This document shows positions 1 through 14,637 of a DNA stretch of 64,000 nt, in pieces (the stretch's first letter is position 1; each line of letters begins with the position of its first letter). A program made the position numbers and the translations under genes. The notes under the pieces were generated by a model that was given only the letters and a program-made list of their open reading frames with translations, had not been told where the DNA came from and did not search any database. The stretch covers positions 17,050,001-17,114,000 of the forward strand of contig OX597831.1 in the NCBI GenBank assembly GCA_951406725.2, given 5' to 3'. This stretch comes from Octopus vulgaris (Eukaryota).

Positions 1-168
1 AATGCTGGAACACCCCTTTAGTCGGACAAATCGACCCTGTCACTTATTCTTTGTAGGCGTAGTACCTATTGTATGGTATATTTTCCTAAGCCACTAAGTT
101 ACGATGATTTAAACATGGCAATATTAGTTGCAAACCGATGGTACGGTGTCAAACACACACACACAGAA

Positions 169-204
<36 letters not shown>

Positions 205-345
205 GGTGAGCCCCTTTGAGTTTTGTTTACAAAATCCATTTGCAGGCTTTATTCACCCCGTGACCTTAATAGAAAACTCTTCCCCGTATTGTCGCGCAGT
301 GGAGCTCAAACTGGGAACATGCCATTTGGAACCAAGCTTCTTATC
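1..345 (-). mobile_element. tRNA-derived SINE (octopus-type), decayed
   Basis: Reverse-complement similarity to the SINE at 2740-3160 (aaatcgaccc..cttattctttgta; internal (AT)n/(AC)n). Confidence 0.7.
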
Positions 346-369
346 ACACATTCTTTTTTTTGTTTCCAT

Positions 370-615
370 CATTTGACTACGGTCATGTTAGAGCAATCGA
401 CCCCAAGAATTATCATTTGTAAACCTTGTACTTATTCGATATTTCTCTTTCCCTCAATCGCTAACTAACGGGGACGTAAACATACCAGCACCTGTTTTCA
501 AGCGATGGTTGGGACAGGCTGACACAATGACTCACGTACATAAATTCACACACAAACACAAGCATTCAGACATACACGCACATATACGGCACGTTTCTTT
601 CCTTTTCCCTCTACC
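370..615 (-). mobile_element. SINE fragment, same family
   Basis: atttgactacggtcatg..gcaatcgacccc..cgctaactaacggggacgtaaacataccagca matches the reverse 3' half of the 2740-3160 element. Confidence 0.6.
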
Positions 616-639
616 AAAGCACCTCTCTCTCTTCACACT

Positions 640-1115
640 TGCGTTTCATTTAACTTTCTGGACAGTAGTAGCCCTCGCCGTAGGGATAAGTATATAACTA
701 ATACAAAACTACGATCTACCTATGTTTCTCCTAACGCAGTGTACTCCATTCTACCTCTCATCATTTGTCCAACTTTGAAAATGCTAGCATCCTTTTCCCC
801 TTACTATAGATTACTATCTAACCGTTCCCTCCTATCCTGCATTTACCTAAGAAATATCGGATCGCATTGCAATTAAATAGATTCATTTAGATCTCTCCTG
901 CGTCTCTGTATGTAAGGAATGACAAAAGCAATCATTGTTCAGGATGTTTTATTCCACTACGATGTATATTGAATGTATTTCAATTTATCCCTCTCTCACC
1001 GATGATGGAATACGCAGCATATGATGTCTTCGCTCGGCAAGATTTTCAGGTCTTTGGGATATCGAAGAAACTGCTGTCAGAGGCTATATCTACCATTTAT
1101 TATTTGGCTAATTAT
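640..1115 (-). mobile_element. decayed LINE (CR1/L2-like) 3' remnant; duplicated at ~51180-51635
   Basis: Minus-strand QRRRRDLNES resembles the RRxRGDLIE motif of CR1/L2 ORF2 ends. A clear homolog lies at 51180-51635. Confidence 0.45.
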
Positions 1116-1219
1116 ACTTAAATATCATTGTCAAGTCTGGTCAAATTGTCGCTTCTTCTAAATACTTTAACATGGGCGCACACACACATACACGCACTCT
1201 CTCTTTCTCACATAATCAC

Positions 1220-1259
<40 letters not shown>

Positions 1260-1900
1260 GTACTCACACATACACACAAACGGACACATATAAATGATCA
1301 CACACATACACCTACGTATGCCTGCTTGTGTATGGGAGCTTTTGATATATGTACGTCATACTTAGCACATTGACAGAGAGGCAATTAATTTTAATTGTTA
1401 TTACAAACCTAATTCCTCCAGACAATGAATAACAGCTGCATATTCAAAATTTATTGCACTTTAATGAAGCAAACATCTGTTTCATGATATGTAAATCTAA
1501 AAGTAAAAGCATTACGAAATAGAGTGCTTCATCATAAATTCAGTGTTTCTAATCCCAATTTTGTATTCGCTATTAAGATTCAATTTCATAAACTTGCCGT
1601 CAAAAAGAGGCAAATAGTTTTTACTTACCAGAATATCATACGTTTTGATTACCAGAAAAAAAGGGAAATATCTACAACCTTATTTGCAAGAAAATAAGAT
1701 TTTTTCTCAGAACTCATTTCCATAAAATAAGCAATATACTACTTAAATGCACACACACGCAATGTTGATGGAAGCTGCAGAAAACTATATAAATGCAAAA
1801 CTGATACTAATGGATCGCATCCTACCCAAGACTTGAAACCTCTATGTATACGCGTGGAAAACTCTTCATTGTGTATATATTATATATGTATATATATAAT

Positions 1901-1963
<63 letters not shown>

Positions 1964-1988
1964 ACTAACTTCGGAAGCGTTATGTGTG

Positions 1989-2027
<39 letters not shown>

Positions 2028-2045
2028 CTAACTTCGGAAGCGTTA

Positions 2046-2115
<70 letters not shown>

Positions 2116-2298
2116 AGTGTGTGTATGTGTGTGTGTGTTTGTGTGTGTGTGCATGTATGTATATATTTATATAAGAACACTCTCATCAGGTATGCGTGGC
2201 GGTCGATTATAAAAAAAAGCAATGCACAGTTTGTACAAGGTATCACCAGTTACTGAAAAACACGTAGATGTATATATAATATAATATATATATATGCA

Positions 2299-2348
<50 letters not shown>

Positions 2349-2739
2349 TATGTAAATATAACAAAAACATCAGGGCAAGGCGTGTATCTGAAATAAATCA
2401 TTTATAATATTTCAATTAGGTTAAAGTGAATTTGGAATCTTACAGCCCATTCTGGAGCCTCGCAAGTGATAAGCTAGCATTTCCGTACGCTGCGTATAAT
2501 GTCATCTGACATAAGTTGGGTATGTATGAAGTTGTAGACAGATGAAATCCACATATTATAAGGAATAGATTAAAAGAATAAGGAGTAAAATAATGATGAA
2601 GTTTGCAGGGTGCGGAAAAAAAATTTACAATTCGTATCACTCTAGGCAGTATTTGGGTAGTATTTTCACAATCATGTGAAATGTATATACATACATAAAT
2701 ACATACATATACGTATAAATAAATAAATAAATATATATA

Positions 2740-3159
2740 GGCGCAAGGGCGGCTATGTAGTAAGTAGCTTGCTAACCAAACACATGGTCCCGGGTTCATT
2801 CTCACTGCGTGGCAACTTGGGCAAGTGTCTTCGGCTATAGCCCCGGGCCGACCAATGCCTTGTGAGTGGATTTGGTAGACGGAAACTGAAAGAAGCCTGT
2901 CGTATATATGTAAATATACATATATATATATATATGTATGTGTGTTTGTGTGTCAGTGTTTGTCCCCCTAACATTGCTTGACAACCGATGCTGGTGTGTT
3001 TACGTCCCCGTCACTTAGCGGTTCGGCAAAAGCGACAGATAGAATATGTAGTGGGCTTACAAAGAATAAGTCCCGGGGTCGGTTTGGTCGACTACAGGCG
3101 GTGCTCCAGCATGGCCGCAGTCAAATGAATGAAACAAGTAAAAGAGTAAAGAGTAAAGA

Positions 3160-3160
<1 letters not shown>
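2740..3160 (+). mobile_element. near full-length tRNA-derived SINE (octopus-type)
   Basis: A-box/B-box-like head (ggctatgtagtaag..gggttcattctc), core ccttgtgagtggatttggtagacggaaactgaaagaagcc, internal microsatellite and (aaagagt)n tail. Several copies in the window. Confidence 0.8.
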
Positions 3161-3205
<45 letters not shown>

Positions 3206-3544
3206 CAATGCTGTTTTCATAATTCAAAATTGAGTTAAATAATTTTCTTACTTTAATTTACAGGCTGGAGTAAAATTATAACGAAGAATGCAGGCTGCAG
3301 AAAAAATATTTACAATTCATATTATTCCAAGTGCGAATGCTGGTTCCTACACCCGTGTAGGTATATGCCCTTAGGTATAATTGCAGGCAAACCTAGGCAG
3401 AATTTTGGCAGTATTTTCACATAGAAAGATGTGAAATGTATATACATATATACATACATATGCTGATTTTTATACTTCATTAACATTTCAGAATTAAGAT
3501 AAGTAAATTTCATTCTTTAATTTACAATATACTCTCCTTCATTC

Positions 3545-4075
3545 TCTACAATTTTCTTCCAAATATTTGTTGATCTTGCGATGCTTCTCTTCGAAATTGC
3601 ACATGTCCATGACGATTAATACTCTTCCAGTACTGTTCTGACTCATCTACAGAATCCATATTTTTCCGTCCAAATGATTTTGAAAACTGCTGGATACATG
3701 ATAAAGAGAGGGGGCAATGCCCGGTGAATATGGTGTGTTTATTACGGTTTCCCATTCAAAATGATCCAGTCTTCGGAATGTCATCTTCGCTGTATGTAGA
3801 CGAGCATTAGACTCGGCAAATTTAAGGAGCAACTGCACCCAATTTCCTGATTTCTTTTCGATGGCATGAATGGTTGAATAAACACATCCAAACTTCTTTG
3901 CTACTTCCTCAACATTTACGATGGGATTTTGTTCCACCAAGATTCTCAGGAGGTCATCGTCGAGGACAACAAATCTTCCACCATGTGGCTCATGTACAGG
4001 GCTGTAGTTTCCAGTTCGGAATTTCTGGAACCAAAGTTAACACTTGGTGACATTTATTGCCCGACCACCATTTTG
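3545..4075 (-). mobile_element. mariner transposase relic
   Basis: WETVINTPYSPGIAPSLYH resembles mariner WEVLPHPPYSPDLAPSDYHLF. Frameshifted. Paralog at 55335-55890 with the same flank. Confidence 0.8.
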
Positions 4076-5916
4076 AAAATATATCGGTGATAATCGAACT
4101 GCACTCCTCAAAATCTGCACTAAGAATAAGGACTATGTAAAATTATCTCGACAACTTCAAATGGTTCAATTTAATTAAATATAGTTCATATATTATTTAA
4201 CCTTAGTTGCCTCCTTATTAAATATCGGTTAAATCCAATTTGATCAATCTCCATAGAAACCATATAATAATTTAGTATTTAGAAAAGTAATAAGTAAATA
4301 CATATTAAACTATTTCTTTGTAATTTTCTTTTCCTCTCTCTATTGTAGTAAAAATGTGCTAAATACTCAACATATTCAAAGAAGTTTTATCTTTTTGTTA
4401 AAATTTCATTCTTAATAATCTTTTTGATTACCCTAAATTTTAACTTAATACAATAAGACAATATTGTTTGAAATTACCCCTAGAAAATACTTGATTTATT
4501 TATTTATTAAATGTCTCTACCCTCCTGAACATAGTATTGATAAGGGCCTTTATATATATATATAACACTTCTAAACAAGTACCACCAGGAAACTGTAATT
4601 ACCATGTAGGGAATAACAATAATAACTTCTTAAAACTATAATATAACCCTTAGTTTTTAAAACAAGATTAGTGTAAAATATGATTGTTCTATAACTTTTA
4701 TATTCCTTTAGCTCATACTAGGCATCAGTATTTTATGGATATTATCTAAATAAGTAAATACATAATTTTTAGTCAAATATATTTCGAATTATTATGCTTT
4801 TTCTAAAAGTTGTCTCTACTTGAGCTAATAAGCTACATATTCTTTACCATAGTATTAGTAATTAAACTATTTTATTTCCTTTTCTATGGTGCTCAGCCCT
4901 ACTTGATTATGCTATTTTAGTTCTCTATTATATTATAATTAGCCCCTATTTATTTTTGTATTAATTTTTATATCTCTATAAATTCATATTTAGCTTATAT
5001 AAAACTATACTAATACATTCCCTACTTATAAAAAAGTTGCTTAGATTATATTTTTTATTAATATATAATTGCATGTCCCTTTACCTCAATACTCTTTATT
5101 AGTACCAGTATATACCAATTAATCAATATTCACAGATACCATCTGGTGAGTTATTATTTAAGTGTACAATATGTATGAATATTAAACTATTTCTGGATAA
5201 TTTCTTTTCCTACCCCTATTGTGGTAAAAGTTTCTTATATACTCAAAAGTATTCATAAATTACTATCCTTTTATTATACTATTCTTCTTAATAATGCTCT
5301 GAATAACCCTAAACTTTATCTGTATACAGTATAGCAGCATCGTTTTATAGTATTTGACTGTAGTACTACATGATGAGTCTTCCTATGTTTCATTCTCAAT
5401 GTTCTGCCAGTAGGAGACCCCTTAATGTTCAGATAACGTCTTGTTTTAAGTTTTCCTTTGACCACACCTCATGATATTGCTTCCGATAAATCTTGATTTT
5501 TATGACTATAGCAACTATGATGTCTGTCTGCTCCCACAGCCCTACCCCTAACATATACAGCCCTCTGTTCTCTCAGCCTTAGATATACAAGGGATTTGAT
5601 AAACTAGTCTATAAATTAAAACTGACCCCATAAAAACAAACAAAAAATCAGGCAGAGTCTGTAACAAAGTTTATCTTCTTGAATAGCTTAGTAACGTCTA
5701 TGCTGGAGGAAGAACATCATATTCTTTGTCTATCTCCTTAACCTCCTGGAGATTTTAGGTAAAATTATACTAATGTGTCCATCTGTTCTAACTTAATTAA
5801 ATTCTGAAGATTTCTCTGCATTTGAAATTGATGTAAATATTGCATTGTTCAATTAAGTGGAGCTGCATGATACGATCGTACTGCATTACCTTTGGATATC
5901 TTTGTTGCTTATTTTG

Positions 5917-5950
<34 letters not shown>

Positions 5951-5967
5951 TTATAAATATATATATA

Positions 5968-6175
5968 TATTTTTAAAAGCAGCAGAAATTTAACAAAAGC
6001 CGTTACTCGGAGTTTCACTTTCCCGTTCGTCGGACAGTTTTTTTAAACAAAACAGTCCGACGAACGGGAACGTGAAACTCCGAGTAAATTTCTGCTGCTT
6101 TTAAATAAAGCATATTACTCTACCTCTGGTGTTTGAGTACTCTTGTTTCACATTTTTGTGTTTACTCCGGTATCT
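5968..6175. mobile_element. inverted-repeat element, Penelope pseudo-LTR-like; related copy 61415-61610
   Basis: Arms ttactcggagtttcactttcccgttcgtcggac / gtccgacgaacgggaacgtgaaactccgagtaa, then aataaa. Confidence 0.55.
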
Positions 6176-6187
6176 ATCTATCTATCA

Positions 6188-6231
<44 letters not shown>

Positions 6232-6240
6232 CTCTCTCTC

Positions 6241-6284
<44 letters not shown>

Positions 6285-6929
6285 CATACATACATACATA
6301 CATACATACATACATACATACATACACACACACACACGCACATATATATATATATATTACAGATTAGACATCCGAATGTGGAATCCAATCTTTGTCGGTG
6401 TTAAGGTCCTGCCGTCACTTGCGAACATTCGAAAGATTAAATTTAGATAAACTTTATATTGGGACGGTCATTCTCTATGAATTTTTGAATATCAGAAAAA
6501 AATATATAACAAATTTCGAAAGAATCCCAGTATATTTCGAATTTTATATTTTACATATTTCTCACTGTATTGAATATATTGACTGTTTCCCTCTCAGCAA
6601 ATTAGAAATTATCTTCAACACACACGCGTGCACACACACACATACAAACATAAAAATAATTGAGCGTGTTTGTCTTTGTGTGTGTTGGACGTGTTTTCTT
6701 CTTTGCTGAGAGAGGAACAATTGACGGAGATTGGTTTTCGAGGATGACGCCCTAGGGCCAGAATATGACTAGAAATTTATTTAATCCCGCTGAAACTGCC
6801 AACACTTCGACTATTTTTCTTGGCTAATATAATGCTACACAACGTCTGAATAAAACATAATCTGATGTCTCTTGAGGTTAAAAATATGTTATTGATTATG
6901 AAAATTGCATCGATATAATATATTATTAT

Positions 6930-7085
6930 AAATTGCCTCGTAATACAATGGAAATTTTGATGACATAAATCGGCCACCTACTGCGACGCTTTTCTGTATA
7001 TAATGTGCACAGAAAATATAGGATCATCCATTGCTCCATCAGGTGAACGTTTCACTTCGTAACTATCATCTTATCATTAGTAAGT
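6930..7085 (+). promoter_or_regulatory. putative promoter and 5' non-coding exon, copy A1
   Basis: TATATAA at 6997 and GTAAGT donor at 7080. The same layout recurs in copies C and D. Confidence 0.45.
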
Positions 7086-7201
7086 AGATATAATTTCCTT
7101 CCGATTTTCAATTCTTATTGGACTAACACACGCACACACGCAGACACACACATATACACAAACACATACACAAAACCATACACACACACACGCACACACA
7201 C

Positions 7202-7232
<31 letters not shown>

Positions 7233-7328
7233 TATATATGTATATATATATATACATGTGTACAAATATCTCGCTTTTGCATGTACAACGCAATGAATTT
7301 TTTCTTATATTTTCCTTTTTTCGATTAA

Positions 7329-7374
<46 letters not shown>

Positions 7375-8867
7375 GCTTATATCAGAATGTTCTTATATTC
7401 TTACAATGTACGTTCAATCTTTCAACGATGTATATATATAGGTACTCATATGTGTATAAACTGTTTCTGACCACTAGAATGCCTTCATAAATTAATATTA
7501 ACATCATCTTCTCGTCTCCTTCTATAAAACTAAACGTTGTCGTAAGGCTTATATCATTCGTTAACTACGTCGAATTTTCTGAATTCCTGAAATCTGCTCC
7601 TCGTTACCCTCACCTGCTGTTTAAGATTCCGTTATCTTCCCTATATTTACGAAATATTACGGTCTTCTCAAATATTTCTGGTAGTCTTGAACTTTTATTC
7701 AGTGACATATTTATTTCGTCCTGTTTAACCAAAAGTTATACAGCAAGGAAATTAGACCATAAGAAGTTCTCTGTGTGGCTTTCACATATTTCCTCTCGCG
7801 CTTTATGCAAAGCACCTAGTTCCCTATCTGTAATTGCCGTCCCCAAATTACTACATGAATTCTGCGACAAGCACTCGTGTAAAACATTCAGATATTTAGG
7901 TATGATTATACTAATGTGTTCATAGTTCTGATTTAATTAAATTCTATGTTTTCTAGCAGCTGAAGATTGATCCGCCTTTTAAATTGATGTAATGATTGCA
8001 TTGTTCAGTTAAATGGAGTTGCTTGAAACGATCGTACAGCATTACCTCTGGATATCATTTTTGCTTATAAATTATTTTTGCCATAAATTATTGACACCCT
8101 AAGCCGGAGTAACACACCACTGAATAGATTCATACATGTGTTGCGAACCAACAACATGTGACTCTCCAACAATGAGCTGGGTCAAATGAATCATATTCGT
8201 TCTTGACATAAATATAAACGAAGAGTATCCAACGTCGTGTGATATAAAATAACAAGAGAATGACTTGGATCATCGCATCTTTAAGAAGAAACCCCGGATA
8301 TTTATCAACTTACTGGATTGATGGAAAATATTTTCCTTCTGAACTATCAAGGAAAGAACGGGCCAACAGCAGAATAGAAATTGTAGAAAGTCAGAAAGCT
8401 GATTGAGGAATTGGACGAAGAGCAAGAAAAATTCAAGCCCTGAAAACGGGATGAAACTTCCAGGAATTAGCAGCAAATAAAAATGTAACAAGAATATCAT
8501 ATACGTAACCTTATAACAATATGGAGTTCACATCAACAAATGCAAAACGACTAGAAAATAAAACACACAAACCTACAGGTTTCGATCTCATCCTCTACCA
8601 CAAGTTTCCACACACGACAGCACCAATAGAAAATAAAATCATATTTAGAATATTTGAAATCGTCAAAGTATGTATCATGGTAAGATTAACCACGTAAAAT
8701 GTGTTCTTAAAATGCACTTAAATAGAGTTCTTGAAGGTATTTTTGTGTACCAATATATAAAAGAAAATTATAAAATCTATGTCACACGATTAAGACTTTC
8801 GCGTCTCTCTAATATATTTCAGTTGATATTATAACATTTGGAACAGAGTATGGCGCGATTAACAACG

Positions 8868-8901
8868 ATGATATATTGTGTATTTAACCTTGTCGCGGTT
8901 C
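8868..8901 (+). pseudogene. Cys-rich GPI-like protein copy A1, signal-peptide exon (MIYCVFNLVAV)
   Basis: aacaacgATG...GTT C|gtaagt, phase 1. Homologous to 39210-39243 and 59865-59901. Confidence 0.75.
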
Positions 8902-9014
8902 GTAAGTAATGTGTATCGCTTTCATGAATTCTTTTATGCGTAGTATACGGTTCATTACTCCCTTTCTCGCTATGTATGTGTATGTGTGTTCGCGAGCGTA
9001 AGAGTTTGTGTAAG

Positions 9015-9059
<45 letters not shown>

Positions 9060-9094
9060 CTGTGTATATATGTGTTTCTGTCTGTACTTAAGCT

Positions 9095-9148
<54 letters not shown>

Positions 9149-9712
9149 TTTCACGTTTTGAGTTATTAAAAAAACTGTTTGATCATCAGTGGGAACATAC
9201 CGCAATGGTAATAAATGAAATATACACCATACCTTCGTCATAAGCACAAATAATGTACATGTATTTGTACGTATCCATGAAAAAAAATCCAAGCGTCTAT
9301 TTCACCCATGTGCTTGTTTATTCAGAATAGTTCTGCAGTAAATATGTTATAGGACTGAATTAATATATGTTTTTATACATAATTATGATAAAATCATTGT
9401 TTAATGAATTATAAATGGCCAGCATACTCAAATTACCATAAAGGTTAATTTATATGAAAATGACAATACAAAATATATATTAATTCAATTCCATAATTTA
9501 TTTTCTGCAGAACTATTCTGAATATATACGCACATGTTTAAAATAGGCGTTTGCATTTAATTCGTGAATGCGTGCGAAATGCATGTATATCTTTCTAGCA
9601 GCTCTGTTGTTGCAAACATTCATCACACTTATTATAATTATATATGTGTGTCTTTGTATGATGTGTGTTTTTGTTTGGACCAGTGTGTATATTAGTGTAT
9701 CAGAAATATTGT

Positions 9713-10085
9713 TATTACCTCTGTGTTAACGAAGACGGAGGTATTGTCTTCAGTCGCGATTGTTTGTTTGACTATGGGTACGATATATCAAGAACCGATG
9801 TTTAGATTCGAATGAAACATTCAGAGATGTTTGGCCTCGAGACTCGCATGAACCTATTAGATTTTGTGATCGATCCGGTACAAGACTTATATTCTGGATT
9901 ATTTTTCCTGTTTTTTTTTACTTCATTATTTGAGAGCAATATGTTGCATTTTTAGTATTCTGGATATCTGAGTGCAGTCGTGTTGTATTTCAGACTTTCT
10001 TATTTTAAAAATCTTCTATGGTCAATGGTTAAAATGACGCTGGTGTTGTCTTCGCGGAGATTTACCTAATCTGAGTACTCTTGTT
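9713..10085 (+). mobile_element. Helentron-associated (HINE/DINE-1-like) non-autonomous element; decayed copies ~24440-24590 and ~39570-39880
   Basis: Starts attacctctg..ggaggtattgtcttc, has tgtttgtttg, ends gcggaga..ctgagtactcttgtt, a layout typical of HINE-like elements. Confidence 0.5.
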
Positions 10086-10868
10086 CATATTGTTAGGAAT
10101 TTTATGGAAATAGTAGTTATAAAAGACGTCATCTATATACTTTTTTGTTTAGATCATAAAGTCATACATGACTCTTTGCCAAATTTGTTGTATAATGAGA
10201 GAGGAAGAAAACGGCATCGATCTGTCTCATATAAATAGGCAAATTTAAAGACAATAATGTAGAATTATGATCATTGAAATGTATGTAATACTTTGCAGTA
10301 TATTTATCATAGAATAAAAAAAGTTTTTAAACATATTTCTGATAAAATTTCAACAAAAATTTGTTGTATCTCTGGAGAAAAATTAATTCAAAATGTTACA
10401 CAAAATGCGAAAAACTGTTCAAATCCATCATGTTTACGACAATGAATTTGCATATTGAACATAAAAACGAAATTTAAATAAAATCCTCCTACAAATTATA
10501 AAACTAGGCGCATGCGTGGGTGCGTATTTCAGAAGCTTGTTCCTCATTAATATGGGATTAAGAACCACTACGTGTTCCCCTGGTCCAGAGTCCTCTACTA
10601 CATCAGCAGACCGATGGATAAAATTGGAAAGATGAAAAATGAAAGAAAATCATTTTAAGCATATATGACTTCATTTACTTGTGTGCCTTTAGCATTGTAT
10701 AGTTTCAGCAACCAGGTTACATTTTGTGTGATTTGTGCCGGGTTGGAAAATAATTGTTGAGCTAAATACATGAAGCCGGTACCAAAGTATGACAACTCAT
10801 CAATGATTGAAAAAAAATGATGAATAGTAAATTACTATTGCATAAATAATACGTTCTTCAATTTATAG

Positions 10869-10940
10869 ATGCTGGGATATATCAGACAAGCTACTATAAT
10901 GCCAAGAATATTTGTGAGAGAGTTATGACAATATATCCTC
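10869..10940 (+). pseudogene. copy A1 exon 2 remnant (HAGIYQTSYYNAKNICERVMTIYP)
   Basis: Acceptor ttatag|AT is intact. Cys1 is replaced by Ser (AGC). About 29 nt at the 3' end, including Cys3 and the donor, are deleted relative to B/C/D. Confidence 0.75.
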
Positions 10941-11540
10941 TAATTTGCTTGCGTTAATATGACTATTTTTATGAATATTTTTAATTGTGGAATTTAAAAG
11001 CGCTGGATAAAGAACGCCGGATAAAGAACGCAGGCGTATACTATGTATACAAGCGAACAAGAAATACACGAATAGGGACCCTAATTCTTCGTCAGTTATC
11101 AACTAAAACTGAGGGACGTACTCAGTCTTATCATTAGTGAAGGGAAACTGAATATCAACACTTTGGTTGATACCTGATGAAGAGTTAGGAACTCACTACG
11201 TCTTCCATCCTGCTCTACGCTCAGTGCAAGTAGACGCTTTATATAATTCGCTGGTTATTTACGATGCATCTTCCCATTTATTAAGTAATGGGATACAACA
11301 CACTCCAGATTTTTATTAGATGTTTATATACATATGTGTGCGTGTGTGTGTTTGTGTCTATGTGTGTATAAATATAGGTATATGTATGTATATATGCATA
11401 CATATATACATACATATATATATACATATATATATACATACATATATATGTATATATATATATATATATATATAATTTATATATGAGGATAATATCGATA
11501 TTTAAGTGTCGAAATTATCAAGTGACCAGCATGAAAGAAA

Positions 11541-11625
<85 letters not shown>

Positions 11626-12299
11626 TTCATATATTCATATATGATTTATGTATTTAAGACGGTGATCTAACAAAATCGTTAACACACTTGGCAAAACGCT
11701 TAGCGGCATATCGTTCGTCTGTACTGTCTGCGAGCATATTCCTCCGCAGGCGACACTGTTTTAATCCTCTCAGAGTTAAAAAAATAATCACCATTTCAAC
11801 AATAATGTCGATGTAGTCGATTTACCACTTCCCCGAAATGTCTGGCCTTCTGCAAAGAATTGAAATTAATGTGTATTTCTATATTTTTAAGAATGTATGC
11901 TTACATATTGATATCTGGTAGTTATTTTCAAAACCCGCAGCGTTTGCCAGAAGTAATATGGGAAATAATGTTTCGCAACGTATTAATAACTTCGCTGAGC
12001 TATCAACATATTCCCAATTATTTAATGATTCCTTTAATCCTAGATAAACGTTCTGCAATATTTCGTTGAGAGAGTTTTACTCCATATGTTGAAACCCAAA
12101 ATATGCCAGGGCAATATTTGTTTCCTTTACGACTACAAAGTTTCGCCTCGCCTGTATATGATCACAGCACCTAACTTGCATGAATATATAATCCGATTAA
12201 AGTTTTCAGACACAGTATTTCTTCTATCTAAATATCGATCTTATATAAATATTAGCTTAAAGTATTGGCTGAAGGCCAGTAATTCTTAGGCTGCGAACT

Positions 12300-13450
12300 C
12301 TCACCCATAACATTGACCACGGGACATGGCATCAATTTAAAGAGCAAAAATCATGTTGATCTTGAAATGATGTAATATTGGTATGCGCATATTTGCAATT
12401 TTCCAATAATCCTATCTGTATATCACCATTAGATTAATAACAGAAATAATTTTTTGTACTTGAGATACGAAGCCTAATTATAATCTGCATTTGGGAAAAT
12501 CTGTCCAATTTTAGTTGTAATCGATCTGCAATGCGCATTTATTGACACGTTGCACATCTGTCATCATTACACCGGATATTGTGAATGTTTTATCCTGTTT
12601 GTTCATGTAGAATTGTCCCTATTTTAATAGATTCTTTAGTTTACGTGTTTGCCTTTTGATTTGTGTTTGATAAGTGTTTAATTTGTTATGTTTTTCTTTT
12701 TACTTTTTCGCTTTGATTTATGATTGGCAAGTTTGATTTGGTGCTGTTAAAAACATTTCGGTGATGCGGAGTCTGTGTTACGTGAAATGGTATTGTGTTC
12801 CGTTGATGGGTTCCTCTTTCTCCTGTTGCTTTAATTTGTTCTATAGGTATTCTTCTTCTCATTGTATACTATTTCTATAAGTAGTAAGGAATATTTTTGT
12901 TTGAAGAGACATCCTTTGAGTTCCATAAGTCATATGCCAGTTCGGAGTGCGCAAAACCAGCAGCAAATCATATCCCCACAGCTATGCCTCGAATTTGGGA
13001 GAAGTTTCGTTCGTTGAAATATTAAGCATTGTTTTCGAGTATGAGACTGACCGCGACTACAATGAAAGTATGATGGGGATCACATCACATTTACTCTCGA
13101 ATGAAACTGGGTATGTGACTAGATAGAGGTTAATCAGATGATGTGTAGGACAGGCAGGACTGCCTACAATGGATCATAGTGTAGGGTCACTTGGTTGTAG
13201 TAGATTTATGGATTCACTATGTTCTTCCTTTATAGAGTTTTGCATTTCGTTTTACTAATGTATTATAGGTAAACCATAGAATTTGCTGGGTTTTGACAAA
13301 CAATGGGATATGTAGTCCTTTTCATTAGGAGTGAGGGAGATATAATGTTTTGAGAACAAATAAATATGGGTACTCCTGCCATACCTTGATGATTCAGCTG
13401 AACATGGATCGGTGAAAACTGTATTCGAAATATCCAGCGGTCGAGAACAC
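12300..13450 (-). mobile_element. Penelope-like retroelement relic
   Basis: Minus strand shows KPSKFYGLP(I)IH, RGIAVGI*FAAG (cf. GTAMGxxxAP) and the IRCNDDRCATCQ linker. Homologous to 30395-30835 and 44080-45560. Confidence 0.75.
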
Positions 13451-14637
13451 AATTATCAGTTAAATACATTTCAAAATCTGCTACAAGCGTATAAAAGTGC
13501 TAATTAACATTTATGAATATTAAAAATAATGTTTTAATGCTTAACACGCAACAACGTTGTAAAAATATACGCGTATGTATATACACACATATATGCACAC
13601 AACACACACATATACACACACAAACACACAAACACACACACATACACACACATACACACACACACACATATATATATATATATGTATATATCTATATTTA
13701 AATGTTTCAGGATATTCACCAAGCCCCTGAAATCATTTTCTATTTTCCTCCTTTAACGAAACCTATGAATTCTTGTATAATGTGTGCAATCACAGTTCCA
13801 TGTAAAACCCTAAGAGTGCCTCTAATGGGAAATCTTTCATCATGGAATATTGTTCTATTTTAGCATGCCATCAGCTTAACACGAGCGCTCCTAGATTATG
13901 TAATACATTTACATGTATATTTTTAAGTGGGCAGAAGCACAAACACGCATATACAAATACATGTATAAATATACATATTACCTGCATGCGCCTATATATA
14001 ATAGATAGTTGCGTGTATCTATACCAATATCAATCCCGTAAGATGTCTTGATCGAAGTCTCTTAGCTATCAATATATTTCACCAGTAAATTGAAGGAGTG
14101 CATAATATGCTTTGGAAAAATACTCACAATGAATTTTTTTTAAGGATAATTCTTAGTGATTTGGATATCGGTTATGCAAACAGGCGTTCCGATATGTAAA
14201 AGTTATTGCTCTCATTGGTAACGATGCATACGATTTTCGTTTCTGCAAAGCTTCGGACAAACACCATTTTCAGGGAAGGGCGTAAATTGATTACATCGAT
14301 CCCAGTGCACAATTCGTATGTATTGTATCGATCCTGTAAAACGAAATGCCTAAAAAACCTAAGACGAACGAAATCCCAGAAAGCATTTTGGATGGTGTAA
14401 TAACAATTCTCACTGCTCGCGGCGTTGTGAAGTGTTATCGATATTGCCACGAGAAATACTTGACGCAAAATCGATATTAATAGTAGGCCTAGTCCTTTGA
14501 CGTAGCAACAATATACTGCTTCAGTGAATATAACTGCTCCTTTTGTTATATTGCGTGTTTAGATGGTTGTAAATATGGCTGAATAATATGGTTGTAAAAA
14601 TGGACGAAGAATGTAGATGTAAATATGAATACGTATA

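Noticed and set aside
1960-2055. Repeat tgactaacttcggaagcgttatg separated by (AT)n, superficially CRISPR-like
   Set aside because: Only two copies in a eukaryotic microsatellite context; local slippage duplication.
2740-2810. tRNA gene
   Set aside because: tRNA-like head of a SINE; no complete cloverleaf.
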